A stretch of 63,847 nt of DNA, filler included, from Neolecta irregularis DAH-3 (lineage: Eukaryota): the NCBI GenBank assembly GCA_001929475.1. It is 4 parts of 4 records of this genome, joined end to end, with 100 filler letters (N's around TTAATTAATTAA, not from the genome) between each part and the next. Parts side by side here need not be neighbours in the genome. Positions count along the whole stretch, not along the records: positions 41,933 to 53,180 come from LXFE01000479.1; positions 53,281 to 63,847 come from LXFE01003878.1; 2 more parts are not named here. One strand, written 5' to 3'. A program made the position numbers and the translations under genes. Positions 42,293 to 55,045 of the stretch are shown in pieces. The notes below the pieces were generated by a model. The model ran no database searches and was not told the DNA's origin. It saw only the letters and a program-made list of their open reading frames with translations. The first letter of the stretch is position 1. Each line of letters begins with the position of its first letter.

Positions 42293-42970
42293 GGGTGTTG
42301 GAGAAGTCATTTGAATGCATTAAAAACGTTTCTGCAAACCGGAAACGAGCAATGATTCCATTGAATGAGATGTATGCTAACTATTTCAGACCACATTATT
42401 TATGGAAGATGATATCAATTGGTCTTTTCATTTAAAAGTATCTCTTTCAGTAATTGCCCTTGTCAACACACAGGCTGTAGTTGTAGCGTCTTTGAAGTTT
42501 TACAGTTCTGGAAACATAGAGGAAAAAGAGGAAAAAAGAGGGAAACTATTCTTTGATTCTTAGCGGGATGGAGAGCATTATCCAACTGTCCTACAAATGT
42601 GCAGATACAGGACCACTTATAGATTTACAAAAATGAGCCACGTCATTGTAGTAAAATCAAGGAAGAGAAAACCCATCAGATAAGCAGAAAATACCACGTA
42701 TACGAGTTTCTTGCGACACCCTCATTATTAACTATAGGGATTCCCGGCAGCCACCACGGACAAACAACCACCACCACCGACAAGCCAAGTGACATCCTCA
42801 GAGCACTATCGATCTCTCCATCCGCAAGAAGAGCTAGGAAGCTCAATAAGGAAGTCGACCTCATCAGGTTGTCCCGTTGATAACTCAATGGCATAGATGC
42901 TGGGGAAACCCCATATGAGGGGTTATTCTATCATTCCTCCTGTCATTGGGGACTATAAAGCCAATAATCA
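42293..42970 (+). pseudogene. GT25 glycosyltransferase relic (core to C-terminus)
   Basis: GCWRSHLNAL and TLFMEDDINW..LK (42293-42437); weaker later remnants RRARKL, PVDNSMA*, GYSIIPPVIG, with stops and frameshifts. Confidence 0.65.
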
Positions 42971-43512
42971 GAAAACTAGGATACTGAGCCAGTGGATGGT
43001 GTAACTTATGTTAAAAATATGAATGTAGAAGATAGCATTTGTGATCATATTAGGGAGACTGTAAGCATGCCACAAGGGCAGGGCTTGCGTTTGCCAAGAT
43101 AATTCATCTACAGAACCGAGAACTAATTTCGCAAGGACTTTTATGTTCGTATTAATTGCATGAACGGGGTTTTTCTAGGGAATGAATTGATCTTTTTGCG
43201 TGTTTTGAAATGAAGCCTAAAATCTCAGCTCTAACACACAATAACGGCGTACGATTGCTGCTGCTGTGGGGGTATATTGTAGATGGTGACCGAGTAGGCA
43301 AAGATGGCAGCGAGAAAGCCGGTGCGGTAGGCCCGGGTGTGAACAGAGGCTGCGAACAGAGAATCAGATCAGTTGTACCTTTCTCAACCGGATTAATTAT
43401 GGCTATCAAAAAAGACCGCTAATTCTGGAAAACAGAAATGATACACCTGAAAAATCTCTTGCAGAACAACGCCAAGGTCAGCAATCACGAAAACGAATTA
43501 CCAATCTTCAAG

Positions 43513-45523
43513 ATGGGCACCGGCAAGAAGGAAAAAAATCGGATAGCCAAGACTGCCGGTCTCAAGGGCCTTCGGGATGGGAATTTAAAAGTCAAGGGCG
43601 AGAACTTTTACCGAGACGCCAAGAAAGTCAAGAAAGTCAATATGTTTAAAGAAGGAAAACCTGTTCGAAATGCAGCTGGAGATATCACCAAGGCCGGAAC
43701 ATTTCAAAGCAGAGAAATTCCGAAAGCTCGCATTCAGCCGGATCGACGCTGGTTCGGTAAGAGTATGAAGATTACTTGGATATTAACTCCTCCAGGAAAT
43801 GCTCGAGTCATAGCTCAAAATGCTTTGGCAGAATTTCGCGAAAAAGTTGGTGCCAAAGCTCATGATTCCTATTCTGTACTTTTAAAGAGAAACAAACTCC
43901 CTATGTCTCTACTGACGGAAAATTTGACGGTATATTTCAAAGATCTTCTCTTGTTGATAACCTAGGTCCCCAAAGTCCAGGTGATAGAAACGGAGCCTTT
44001 CTGCGACACATTTGGTCCTAAAGCACAACGTAAACGTCCGAAGCTTTTTTCAAGTACTCTCGAAGACCTTGCCGGACAAACTCTTTCTTCTCAAGAAGCC
44101 TTTGAAGAGAAAATCAAAGATACGCCCGAAGAGTCATCGGATTACATTGCTCAAGCTCGTGAGCCTGTTTTCTCGAAAGGTCAATCGAAACGTATTTGGA
44201 GTGAATTGTACAAAGTACGGTGCATTGGAAGAAATTACTAAATTCTAGGTCATTGATTCCTCCGACGTCATTATTCATGTTCTTGATGCTCGCGATCCTT
44301 TGGGAACCCGATGTCCGTCTATTGAAACATACATTAGAAGAGAAGTAGCTCACAAGCAGTTAATTTTTGTTCTCAACAAATGCGATCTTGTTCCTACTTC
44401 GGTCGCTGTAAGTTATTTGGCCCTTTTTCATATGACAAATCCCCAAATGTTTAGTCAAGGCTCCTTTGTGTGTCTTTGAAAAAAAGAGCACCTAGTCAGA
44501 GATGGCCTGTTACGACTTTGGAATATCAAACCCCACGATCCACTGAGATTTTATTCCCGTTTTGGGGAAAACTCACCGGACCGTCATGCTTTATGCAAGA
44601 GTTGAGATATGTATGCCGAAAGGCTTTTTATTGTAAATCTCTTAGTTTTGAAGCAAACATTTTCCCTTTTTAATTTTGGTTTCCTTTGCTAATACCTTAA
44701 GGCTCGATGGGTTAAGATTTTATCAAAAGAATATCCAACACTCGCATTTCATGCTTCAATAACCAATTCATTCGGTAAGGGTTCACTCATCCAACTACTC
44801 CGGCAATTCTCCATACTCCATTCGGATAAGAAGCAAATTTCTGTCGGATTCATCGGATATCCCAACACTGGGAAATCCTCAATTATCAATACTCTCAAGA
44901 AGAAAAAGGTCTGCAACGTTGCTCCGATCCCAGGAGAAACAAAAGTAAGCTCTCCAAGGTTCTTGACGATAACTCACATGCAGATTTGGCAGTACATTAC
45001 ACTTATGAAACGAATTTATTTAATTGATTGTCCTGGTGTCGTACCGCCTTCGAATACGGATAGTGACACGGTAATTTTGCTTAAATCTGTGGTCCGCGTC
45101 GAAAACGTACAACATCCGGAACAACATATTCCTGCCCTTCTTGAGCGATGTAAAGTCAGTCACCTTGAGAAAACCTACCAGATCAAAGGCTGGACCAATG
45201 CCGCAGAGTTTTTATGCATGCTTGCACGGAAAAGTGGCCGTTTATTAAAGGGAGGCGAGGCCGATGAAGGATCGGTGGCCAAGATGGTGTTGAATGATTT
45301 CATGCGTGGTAAACTTCCGTGGTTCGTGGCTCCTCCAGAAATAGAGGGTGAAACCCAAGGTCTTGATGGCTGTGAAGAACGTTTAGATGAAAAGAGGAAG
45401 CGGAAAATGGACCCAAATGATGTCATCGAGAAAGTTAAAATTACCATCGCAGACGACAAAGCACAAGATAAAAGCAACAATGAGGATTGCGAAGAGAGAA
45501 TATGTAAAAAGATCAAGTCGTGA
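43513..45523 (+). CDS. NOG2: Nucleolar GTPase Nog2
   Basis: [49 protein letters not shown]. Confidence 0.96.
44441..44662 (+). ncRNA. snR191: Intronic box H/ACA snoRNA, snR191/U19-like
   Basis: Inside the 294-nt NOG2 intron (44408-44701); 5' stem ccaaa/tttgg, H box ATATCA 44523-44528, 3' stem gcttta/tgaagc, ACA 44657-44659; the NOG2 intron is the known snR191 host in yeast. Confidence 0.82.
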
Positions 45524-45669
45524 TCCACAGTCTATTTTGGCGTTGTAATTATGGGTAGTTGAAAGTTTGGCAAGTGCTGTCGTTACAAACTAAGAGAATA
45601 GATCTGGTGATTAAATTCAGATTACATATTGTCTATACACATCAACTCTAATACAGCAACACCGAGACT

Positions 45670-46377
45670 AACACATTTCTTCTTTTTCATTCGAAACGGG
45701 ATCAATGGAAGCCAGTCCAGGAATACTCGACGACGTTACCGTCGCACATAGACTGCTACTCCTCCGCCGACTATCACCTTTAGCTTGAAGTGCATACTAC
45801 AGCCCTTGTCTATACGCCCGCAACGCCATACAGCCCAATTGCAGGGATAAAGTTTGACAGGAAAATTGGTCAGAGATTGTAATTGCAAATAAATATTCCC
45901 CTGCGGCAAACACCCATGAATTTGCGACCATTAATGCGGTTAATATACGAAGTGTCGATCTGAAGAAACCCGGAAGTTAGCATGGGCTAATTCGTGCAAG
46001 ATACTATGTCTATATGCGATAAGTGAGATGAGTTCAACAAAGAGAAAGCATATCAACGAGATAATATTGAATAAGTGGAAAGAATGATGATTCCAGAAGC
46101 AGTGGTCATTGCCTAGAAAATAAATATCCGAGAAACATAGATATTGTAGCGTCATGAGATTCTGGTGTTTAGGAATCCGGGAATAAGAGTTGTGCATTCT
46201 ATGCCATTTGCAAAGTTGCAGGATATACGAACACCGCTCTACAATTGCAGCCTGCGTGTTACAGGCACTAAATAAATACAAATGGGGGAGTACAAGCAAT
46301 GGACACATCAATTTGGTAAATTGTTTTTTAAGTGGGGCTTTTAAGCTGTTGACATTCGAAATACCACCAAAAGGCAT
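45670..46377 (-). CDS. Possible small multi-exon membrane protein
   Basis: Hydrophobic stretches (ASGIIILSTYSIL, ILTALMVANSWVFAAG) in different frames; exon structure not resolved. Confidence 0.25.
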
Positions 46378-46383
46378 AATACA

Positions 46384-49300
46384 TCAATGCGCCGATTCGA
46401 GAACAGCGACGCAGCGATTACAAAGTTGATCATCGCTAGGCGCAGTGTATATCCAGCAACGGGGACATTTATGTCCCTCTGCGGGCGTTACTTCAACGCC
46501 GAGTGAACTGCCGTGAAGCTCGCAAATGTGGGCATAGCGCCAGGAGGGAGATACAGCTTTTTCATTCGAAACTTGAGAAGCGATAAAAAGGGCAGCAAGT
46601 TCAAGGTCTAGAACTTTTAGAATATATTCGACATAGAAATATACCATATTCCTCAAATAAGGCAGCGGTCTCTGGTTTAGAAGGGCTCTCAATATATACT
46701 CGTGCTTCGAGCGAACTTCTTAAATGCCTAATTCGTCAACACTGATAAAAAGTCTGACTTGCTTGTCAGCTCTAGCGCATTCCATAGCCGCCTTCACAGC
46801 TGTTTTCAGTTTACTCAGTTCCTCAAAATCCCGAATCAACTTCACAGAATGCCATTCTTTCTTAATTTCAGGCCATCCATTCAACCAAAGATTAGGACGA
46901 CCATTTTTAAAAGTGTCCGGCGCGTGACTCCAGATTTCTTCGACTAGTACAGGCAAAATCGGAGCCAGAAGTACAATATATCTTTCCAAAATCTCTTGTC
47001 AGCGGGACAATATGTGTGAAACAAACATGATACAACACAGTCTGCGCGGCTCGTCGACTAATGCTGTGTGGTGCATCTGTATATAGCCTGTCCTTGATAA
47101 CGTCGAAATAAAAAGCAGACAAGGAGGCATTTGTATAATGCAGAATGGAATGTGCAACTGAACATATCAGCCAAGTGTATACTATTCTTACCTTTATTAA
47201 ATTCAAACATCGCGTAATCTCGCTGACACGAAACCACAAGCTGATAAAGCTGCATAAGAGCCATGCGGTCAATCTTTCAATTTTTTAGATTAGTTTTCAG
47301 GATGACATACGCGATGTAGGTCGTTATAAGAAACTAAATTCCCGTCCCAGTCATTCAGGTTTCCCAGAAGAAACCGCGCTGTTGTACGAATCTTACGCAC
47401 GCCTTCAGCCATGTGACTTAATATTGTCTTTCCAATCGATACATCTTTTGTGAAATCACAACTAGCTACCCATAGGCGTAGGACATCAACACCGAGTGGA
47501 GGCGAGCCTTTATCTCCGTGGATGATTGCTTTCGGGGAGATGACATTTCCTATTGACTTTGACATTTTGCGTCCAGACTGATCAAGTACGAAGCCGTGAG
47601 TTAGGATAGTGTTGTAGGGAACGACATCTGAGGCCGTTGCTGTTAGCAGCGAGGATTGGAACCATCCTCGATGTTGGTCTGATCCCTCAATAACCAAGTC
47701 GCTGACTGGAGTTTCTTTGTCGCGAGGTACTCGTTCATATATCGTTGACCAACTAGTGCCGCTGTCGAACCATACATCAAGGGTATCCCAACCCCGTTTC
47801 CAGTTTTCGTTTCTGTATTGTGGGGCCACCCAATCTATATCGTTACCGTCCCACCAGGCGTCACTTCCGACCTTGGTCATTCGAGAAATGATAAACGAGA
47901 CACTTTGTTCAGTCATCAACGGTTCGTCGGTATCTACATGATACAAGACAGGTATCGGAACGCCCCATGAGCGCTGTCGTGAAATACACCATTCTTTTCT
48001 AGTTTTAATGAAGGAGGATAATCTAGTCCGACCTTTTTGTTGGAATGGGTCAATGTGGATCAACGTACCTACTTCCGGGATGATCTGTACATTGTCCAGC
48101 GCTTTCAATGCGCTGTTTTTGATTTTCGAAACATCGGCGAACCATTGCTTCGTTGCCCGAATAATGATGGGTTTCTTAGTGCGCCAATCGTAAGGATACG
48201 TGTGTGTATAGGGTGCATCATTGACCAGCGCATTTCGAAGTGCCAGATTTTTGATGACAGCTTCGACTCCTTCCTTCAGGACGGGAAGGCCCTGGAGATC
48301 TTGAAGGCCGACGTCATCGGTAAATTTCCCACGATCATCAACAGGAGAATGAATGTCGATACCATGCTCGATACATAATTGATAATCTTCCATGCCATGC
48401 CCAGGGGCAGTATGTACAAGACCTGTTCCAGAGTCTGAAGTAACATACGAAGCTGGGAGAAGTGGGCTGGAAGTAGAGGGGAAAAATGGGTGAGTATAAC
48501 GAGTGGATAGTAATAAAGCCCCTGGTATGCGGATATTAGTTAGAGTGGCGGATAAGAGAACGCAAACGGCGTCGAGTCGATCATTTGCGACAATTAGGGA
48601 GCCGTGCTTTGGTGAAGTGATAACTCTGTATTCGAAATCAGGATTGATTGCGATAACCTTGACATGAACTACAAATAGCATATAGATGTACCTTATTTGC
48701 AGGAATGGTCCATGGTGTAGTCGTCCATATCAAGAGGGATAGGTCCTGCGGTATATCGTCAATCACGGAAAGTTTCCCTAACAACTGAGACAAATATCAA
48801 AGGTTCGTATACCAAAATCTGAGATGGGAAACTTGACATACACAGAACAACTCTGATGATCGTCCCTGTATTCTAGCTCGGCTTCAGCCAAAGCTGTAGC
48901 GGAACTTGGGCTCCAAAACACCGGTTTGTATTGTCGGTAAATAAGTCCTACGATCAGAGAGGACAGGTTCCAAGTAGTCAACCTTTGTTCAGCATCGTCT
49001 GGAACACCTTTAGTTGACGCACTTCGTAGTCTCTATCTATAATATGAGTGTGGCTGAGGACAAATGCGATGATTACCCATGGTGCTCCAGCTGTTGTCCC
49101 AATCGGCCATCACGGCAAAGTCTTTGGAAGAAGCCTTTTGCTTCTCCATGGCATCCTCAGCAAAGCATCTGGCCATGGCACGGATATCTTTGGGAGGCGT
49201 GGATGAGGCGGATTTGAGGCCTTGGAGAGCTTTGAGCTCTATTGGCAAACCGTGGCAGTCCCAACCAGGAACGTATGAGACAGTACGACCGCAAAGTAGG

Positions 49301-49575
49301 GTATATCGGAGGACGATATCCTTGAGGATCTTGTTGAGGGCATGACCTTGGTGGTTAGTCTGTAAATGCAGGCAAAAAGTACCGATATGGAGGTCGCCGT
49401 TTGCAAAAGGAGGACCGTCATGGAGCACTAAGCTGGGATCTTGGTGTTGCCGTTGCAACCGATACAAGTTGTCTGTACATTTTGGCATATATGCTATGGC
49501 ACATTGCGTATGGTCTGGGCGAAGTGCAAAGGCGGAAACAGGGAGCCGTAGCGATCCAGCATACGGTCGCAGCAT
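46384..49575 (-). CDS. ISM1: Mitochondrial isoleucyl-tRNA synthetase
   Basis: [54 protein letters not shown]-terminal KCPRCW zinc finger. Confidence 0.95.
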
Positions 49576-50308
49576 GCACTGCCACTATGCACAGCCACGC
49601 GGTTCCTGGATTAAGCTCGGCGACGTACGAACCGACACCCCCCCGTTCCGACACCATATAAAATATATAATGAAAGTAAAAATGAAGATTTTTCTCCACC
49701 ATCATTTCTTTAAAGCGTGAGCACTGCTAACGAGATATTGACCGCCACATGAAACTTCATCTCTAAGTCCCCTAAACCACTCACCCGTCCCTTTCACTCC
49801 CTGACCGGATCCAGGATGATGATGGCGGGTATTTCCCTTTTGTATTTCAATTAAGATATCTATCACTGTTTCTGGGGAGGCTGGTAAACTGCTGTTTCTT
49901 TGTCTCTTTCTAATTCCGTTTATTTCTCCTTTTCTCTTTCTACTATTTCCATCGGATACCAGCCCACTGCTGGCAGCAATAATCAAGGGCTGGTATCATC
50001 TCTGTTAGGTAGCCGACTGTATTAATATATTTCCGTTTCTAAGTCTTGACGACCCAACCCAGGAGATTGAAAGCCCATACAGCTGCACTCAACAACCAAT
50101 AATCGATAATCCTATAAACGCCTACAACATCAAGCTACACCATGCATGCAATAAGCCCTTGACCCTTGGCACAAGAGGTTCTGGAATGCCAATCATTATC
50201 AGTGTGTTCATCAATCAATCGGATTGTCAATCGGGGATTAATTGATTGATTAAAAATCTTATTAATCGATCCATGAGGGCCGGACTTGTCCAGGCTCTCA
50301 GACAACCA

Positions 50309-50451
50309 CTGGCTGCGGGGGAGGCTTGAGCAGAGAGGGCTGTGTAGACTATAGCGGGCAGGGTGTTTGAGCGCACATGGAGACAAAGTGGGAGAAGGAG
50401 AAGACGGAGTGGGGCAGCAGGATGAGGTAGATAGGGGCACAGTGGAAGAAT
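50309..50451. repeat. Dispersed repeat family 2, copy 2
   Basis: Homologous to 4909-5047. Confidence 0.75.
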
Positions 50452-50721
50452 AGGAATGATATAGGGTGCGTTCGCCAGCCACCATTTTGACCCCAAATAT
50501 CATGCATGATATTAGGTAATTTCAACATATTCCAATTAGAAGTGACGTTCGGTACCACGCCAATTCCAGAGTTTTTTGGAGATATCCTGATGAAGATCGC
50601 AAGAAAGAAACAGTTATCCGGTGAGTGTGAGTAATATCCAAAAATATATCATGGTGGCTGGCGAATGCTTCCATAATTGTTCCTACTATCTGATATCAGC
50701 TGATATGGCCGTTTAGGCTCA

Positions 50722-50760
50722 TAGACAATGGGCCTGGCTGAGCCCATGGCCCATTGTCTA
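50722..50760. repeat. Perfect 13-bp inverted repeat
   Basis: TAGACAATGGGCC-N13-GGCCCATTGTCTA. Confidence 0.85.
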
Positions 50761-52347
50761 CATACGACCGCTCACCTGATACACAATTTAAGGCTCAGCG
50801 GAGTACCAATCATGGAGGTTTGGTACTTACAAGTCGTCTTTTGGTATCGTCTTCAAGATTAGGATTAGCGTTTAACGAGTGGAACAGTCTATTCCGATCT
50901 GAGGAGGGGCGTAATTTCTGAAGTTCACGTTCCAATGCTTGGATTTTACTTGCGGATTTTTTGGATTCAAAGGTTTGACGTTCCCGGAGGGCACGAAGAG
51001 ATTGATGAAGAGCGTCCCTTTGAGTTTCGATTTCTTTTATCCTTTCCGTTGTGTCAAGTAATGGAGCAGCGGCTTTCGGTGCGGAGACTTTCAGATGTTC
51101 GATTTCAAGACAAAGTTTTGCCATTTGATCTGATTTCTTTTGGAGTAGTTCCTCCGTCTGTAATCAGTACAGATATAGTCAAGGAGATTACATTTTGAAG
51201 ATGAGATGTCAGACGCTCTTTCTCGTTCCGTAGGTGTTCCGCAGCATGTTCTAGGGTAGCCAACCGTTCTTTCAAACTGGGAACAACATCTTGCTGAAGC
51301 TGATCTCGTTCATCTTGTAGAGCGTCTAGCTGCAATTTATTCATAGCGATGATGTCTTCGAGGCCTTGCTTAACACTTCGGTCTTCAGCGTATTTCTGTC
51401 TCATATCCTCAAGCAATGCTTGCAACTTCGGGGTTTCTTCATAATCAGAAGCGTGTATGCTGGAGATATCCAGTTCTTGAATTCGTCGTTCGAGTTGGGT
51501 CTGCTTTTCTTCGAGCGAGGGTCTGCTAGCGCCATAACCCTTGCCAGGCGAGCCGGAACCCACGTCGGAAAAGTAATCGCTCGACCTGTAGTGTCGCTTC
51601 TGAGGCTTTCCGCCGTTCAAAGCAAGGTCGACATCGTCTTGCAATTGAGAAATCATGTCTTCCAGATCCATCTCTCGCCGAATTAATCGAGCAAGATCCG
51701 AAGAGACCGACCGTAGCTCTGTTTCCAATGCGGCGACTTTGTTGACGTCTGCATCGGCAGCAGAGGGGAAGTTCTGTTCCGAGGCCTGTGAGCTCTGGTG
51801 CCGATGGGTTTGGGGCCAACGGAATAGCGAGGAAAAGGCGGAGGAGGATTTGCCAAGGAGTTCTGAGGAGGCTTCTGAGGCAAGAGCAAGGGTCGGGATT
51901 TCTATAAATGCGGGCTTCCCTTTGTTGGGCGGCGGCATTGGAGTTGGCTGGGTGACAAAAGAGTGGTCGGCATCGCCCACCTGCGAGTCGCTCCTGAAAC
52001 GGCGTGCGTGCGGTTGTTTGCGCGTGGACGGTCACCCGGTGGAGCTTGGGGATGGGCGATGGCGCAGGCAAATGCAACGAGAAGCGGGGCGGGCGATCGC
52101 GGAGCGGGGTGGCGGGGGAATCCGGGGCGCAGGGACAGTCGGGCAGCGGCTTCGAGCACAGGCGGATGCCCCGGCCCACGCTAGCCGGCAGCCGTTTCGG
52201 GCTAGGCGACCGCTGGAACACCGCCAGCGGGCTTCTGTCCAGGTCGGCGTCCGCATACAGGCCACATTGCGCGACGGGCGAGCCCGGGTTCGGTGGCACT
52301 CGCCTGGGCCGCCCCGGCGACTGGGCCCGCGGGTTTCCGACGACCAC
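50760..52347 (-). CDS. Coiled-coil protein of unknown function; start uncertain, possibly 3'-truncated
   Basis: Pro/Ser-rich N-exon, LETELRSVSSDLARLIRREMDLED, RSSDYFSD, heptad-rich exons linked by GT-AG introns. Confidence 0.6.
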
Positions 52348-53280
52348 GCGGGCGACAATTTTGGCGAGAGAGACGGAGAGGGGTGGTTATCTGGGCGACT
52401 GGCGGGAAGCGCAGTTGTTTGCTCGTTCGGGTTGTTTGCCGTTCACCGGAAGAGGGGTTAGTTGCCCGTTCAGCGGAGGCAGCGGTTCGTTGCTAGGTTT
52501 GGTGGGCCACAACTGGTTCAGAAGCAAAAGGCGAGCGACATATCGTTCTGGTGCAATTGAACGCAAGGAGGCTTTGGGGGGGCATTCGGGTGTACAATAC
52601 GCCCAATCGGGCGGGTGCCTTGCGTGTCTCACCACCATCCCATTTCCGTCCTCAAGGCCCCGATGGTGCAGGGGCACGCAGCATTGTCTTTCCGCACAAA
52701 CAGCCTCCTTAGCCTGTTCGCCAACTACTCTCTAAGGAAATGAGCCCGCCAATTGGCCGGTCAAGTTGAATAAAATGAATCACTACAACTTTTGCTCTTA
52801 GCAGTGCACCTTGAGCCTGCTTCCTCCTGTGATTTGGTTGCTCCCAATGTCTGGGATATCCATTCCCTTCAACATCCACCCCGCCTCTCAGAAAGAGCTT
52901 GAGCTCACCACGTTGACTTCTCCCTCAGGTCTCCTCAAATGTGCCCTTCTCAACCAGGGCCCCTCCATTGTATCTCTAATCAAGGAATCAACCCACCAGA
53001 TCTGGGCTCAGTGTTGGCTATGGGCCATGGGCTTTTAAGCCCATGGGTCGAAACGGGCTTTTTCACGTGATATTAAATAATACTTTGCAGCCCTTCTCCT
53101 CCCATTTCTCCTCCCTAACCGCCACTTTGAGGATGTCCTTCGTTCGTTTGCCGGTGGCGGTGGTTAGTGGCTGGGGGGGGNNNNNNNNNNNNNNNNNNNN
53201 NNNNNNNNNNNNNNNNNNNNNNNNTTAATTAATTAANNNNNNNNNNNNNNNNNNNNNNNNNNNNNNNNNNNNNNNNNNNN

Positions 53281-53823
53281 GCCAGTTCGCTGATACAAGA
53301 CACATCTAGAGGGTCAAGGATGGATCGGGTATATGCGCGCACCTATGCTGCGATGGCTGAGATATGCTGCGAAGCGGGGCATGTGGACCTCAAGAAACGC
53401 CCTGTCAAAATGCACAGAGTAGCCGCAGAGGAGCCCCTTCTTGGGACTGGTGACGTACTGCTGCACGTACTCGAGTAGCCGCATCTCTGTCTGCTCGACG
53501 GTGTGGGTTGAATTCTGGGCGGCTGCGACGAGTCCGCTCCCGGTGTGCTGCGCTGTGCACCAGCTGTCCATCTGGGCGAGCACCTGCGGGGGCTGGTATA
53601 TAGTCTCCTGGAAGCCGTCCTGTACGATTAGGACAGGGGACGATGGGAAGCGAACATTGTGGAGCGGGTTGAGGTCGTTGTCTGTGACGAGGGCGGCAAC
53701 CTGCAGCATATGGTCATTGCGCGGACTCAGGCCTGTGGTTTCGCAGTCGACCCAGACGAGCGAGGCTGTGGAGCGGTGCAGCCGGGGGACGCGGACGCGC
53801 ACCAGTCGTAGGCGCTCGAGCAT
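53281..53823 (-). CDS. REX2: Oligoribonuclease (REX2/Orn, DEDDh) paralog A; 3' end in gap
   Basis: LVWVDCETTGL, MDSWCTAQHTGSGL, LCGYSVHFDRAFL, DVSCISELA. Confidence 0.88.
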
Positions 53824-54168
53824 TGAGACGGAAGGTCCCCCAATGTTGCACGTGCGCCAAGGCAGATCTCGCGCCCGTTGTTTTTCTACATGAAAAACAG
53901 CAGAAGCGAGACGGGCATGCACTTATGCTGAAGACTGCGAAGCGCAAATGCTAGGGCCGGGGAACAAGCATCTGGGCAAGATACATAACACGCAAGTTTG
54001 GCTGCGGGCGCGCGTCCGAGTGATCTGAAGGGGCTACGCCCGCAGTAAAAAAGGTGGGCGGCCCCGCCTAAATCCTGCCGCCAGCCTTCTCTCTCTCTCG
54101 CTCTGCCTACGTACACAGCCGAAATCCGCCCACACAGCGCACTCCACCACACCGCTCAACAACACAGT

Positions 54169-54746
54169 ATGCCCAAAGCAGCCACCAAACCCCGCGCAAC
54201 CAGAAAGGCCGCTCCGACAACCAAATCAAAGAAAGGTGCATCCTCATTATATGCTCGCTGATCTCGCAGACCCAAACCACCCAAAGAGAGCACTTTCGGC
54301 TTACATGTTCTTCGCAAATGTACCAACTACACTCTTACCCCCCAAATAATGACTCCTCACAGGAAGAACGGCCAAAAGTCATCCAGGAATCCCCTGAAAC
54401 TTCGTTTGGTATGTGCAATTTCCTTTTCCTGCAGTGTCCCACGCTGCCTCACACGCGTCTGCCAATTGACTCGCATGCGGCTCACATTTTGTTCCCTCCC
54501 GCGTCCCTTCGCGTTTCTTGCCCTCTGCTTACCGTTCCAGGCCAAATCGGCAAAATCCTCGGCGTACGATGGAAAAACCTGTCTCCTGAACAACGGAAGG
54601 CATATAGCCTTCAATTGCCCATACTCACCCTCTAGCCGTTTGACAAGAAGGCCGCTGAGGACAAGAAGCGATATGAAACCCAAAAGGCTGCATATATCGC
54701 CAAGCCAGCCTCTGCCGGTGAAGAAGAAGAGGAGGACGAAGAATAG
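54169..54746 (+). CDS. NHP6: HMG-box non-histone protein Nhp6
   Basis: KKDPNHPKRALSAYMFFAN..R..V....P..FGQIGKILG.RWKNL, DKKRYE, acidic tail; four introns. Confidence 0.93.
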
Positions 54747-55045
54747 CTTTAAACACTGCCTTGTCATGGCTGACTTTGTACGATGATATGCTGCTCTTGT
54801 TTCTTTATGCTTTGGTCTCACCCTGCTGTTGATGGTTCAGTCTCTTGTCTCTTTCTATGTTTCGTATTTAGTAGTTTGTTGTTCTGGTCGCGCGTATATG
54901 TATCAATGATTGAGGTGAGTCATAATGCAATGCCCGATATCGCTATACAGACCCGGATTAATTCAGTTACATCCTCGCAACTAGTATACCCCATGCATAC
55001 AATTCAAACTAAACCCAACTCCAAATCAAAAGAGTGCTACGCGTA

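Noticed and set aside
51526-52735. Several long overlapping ORFs on both strands
   Set aside because: Stop-poor GC-rich sequence; shadows of one minus-strand gene
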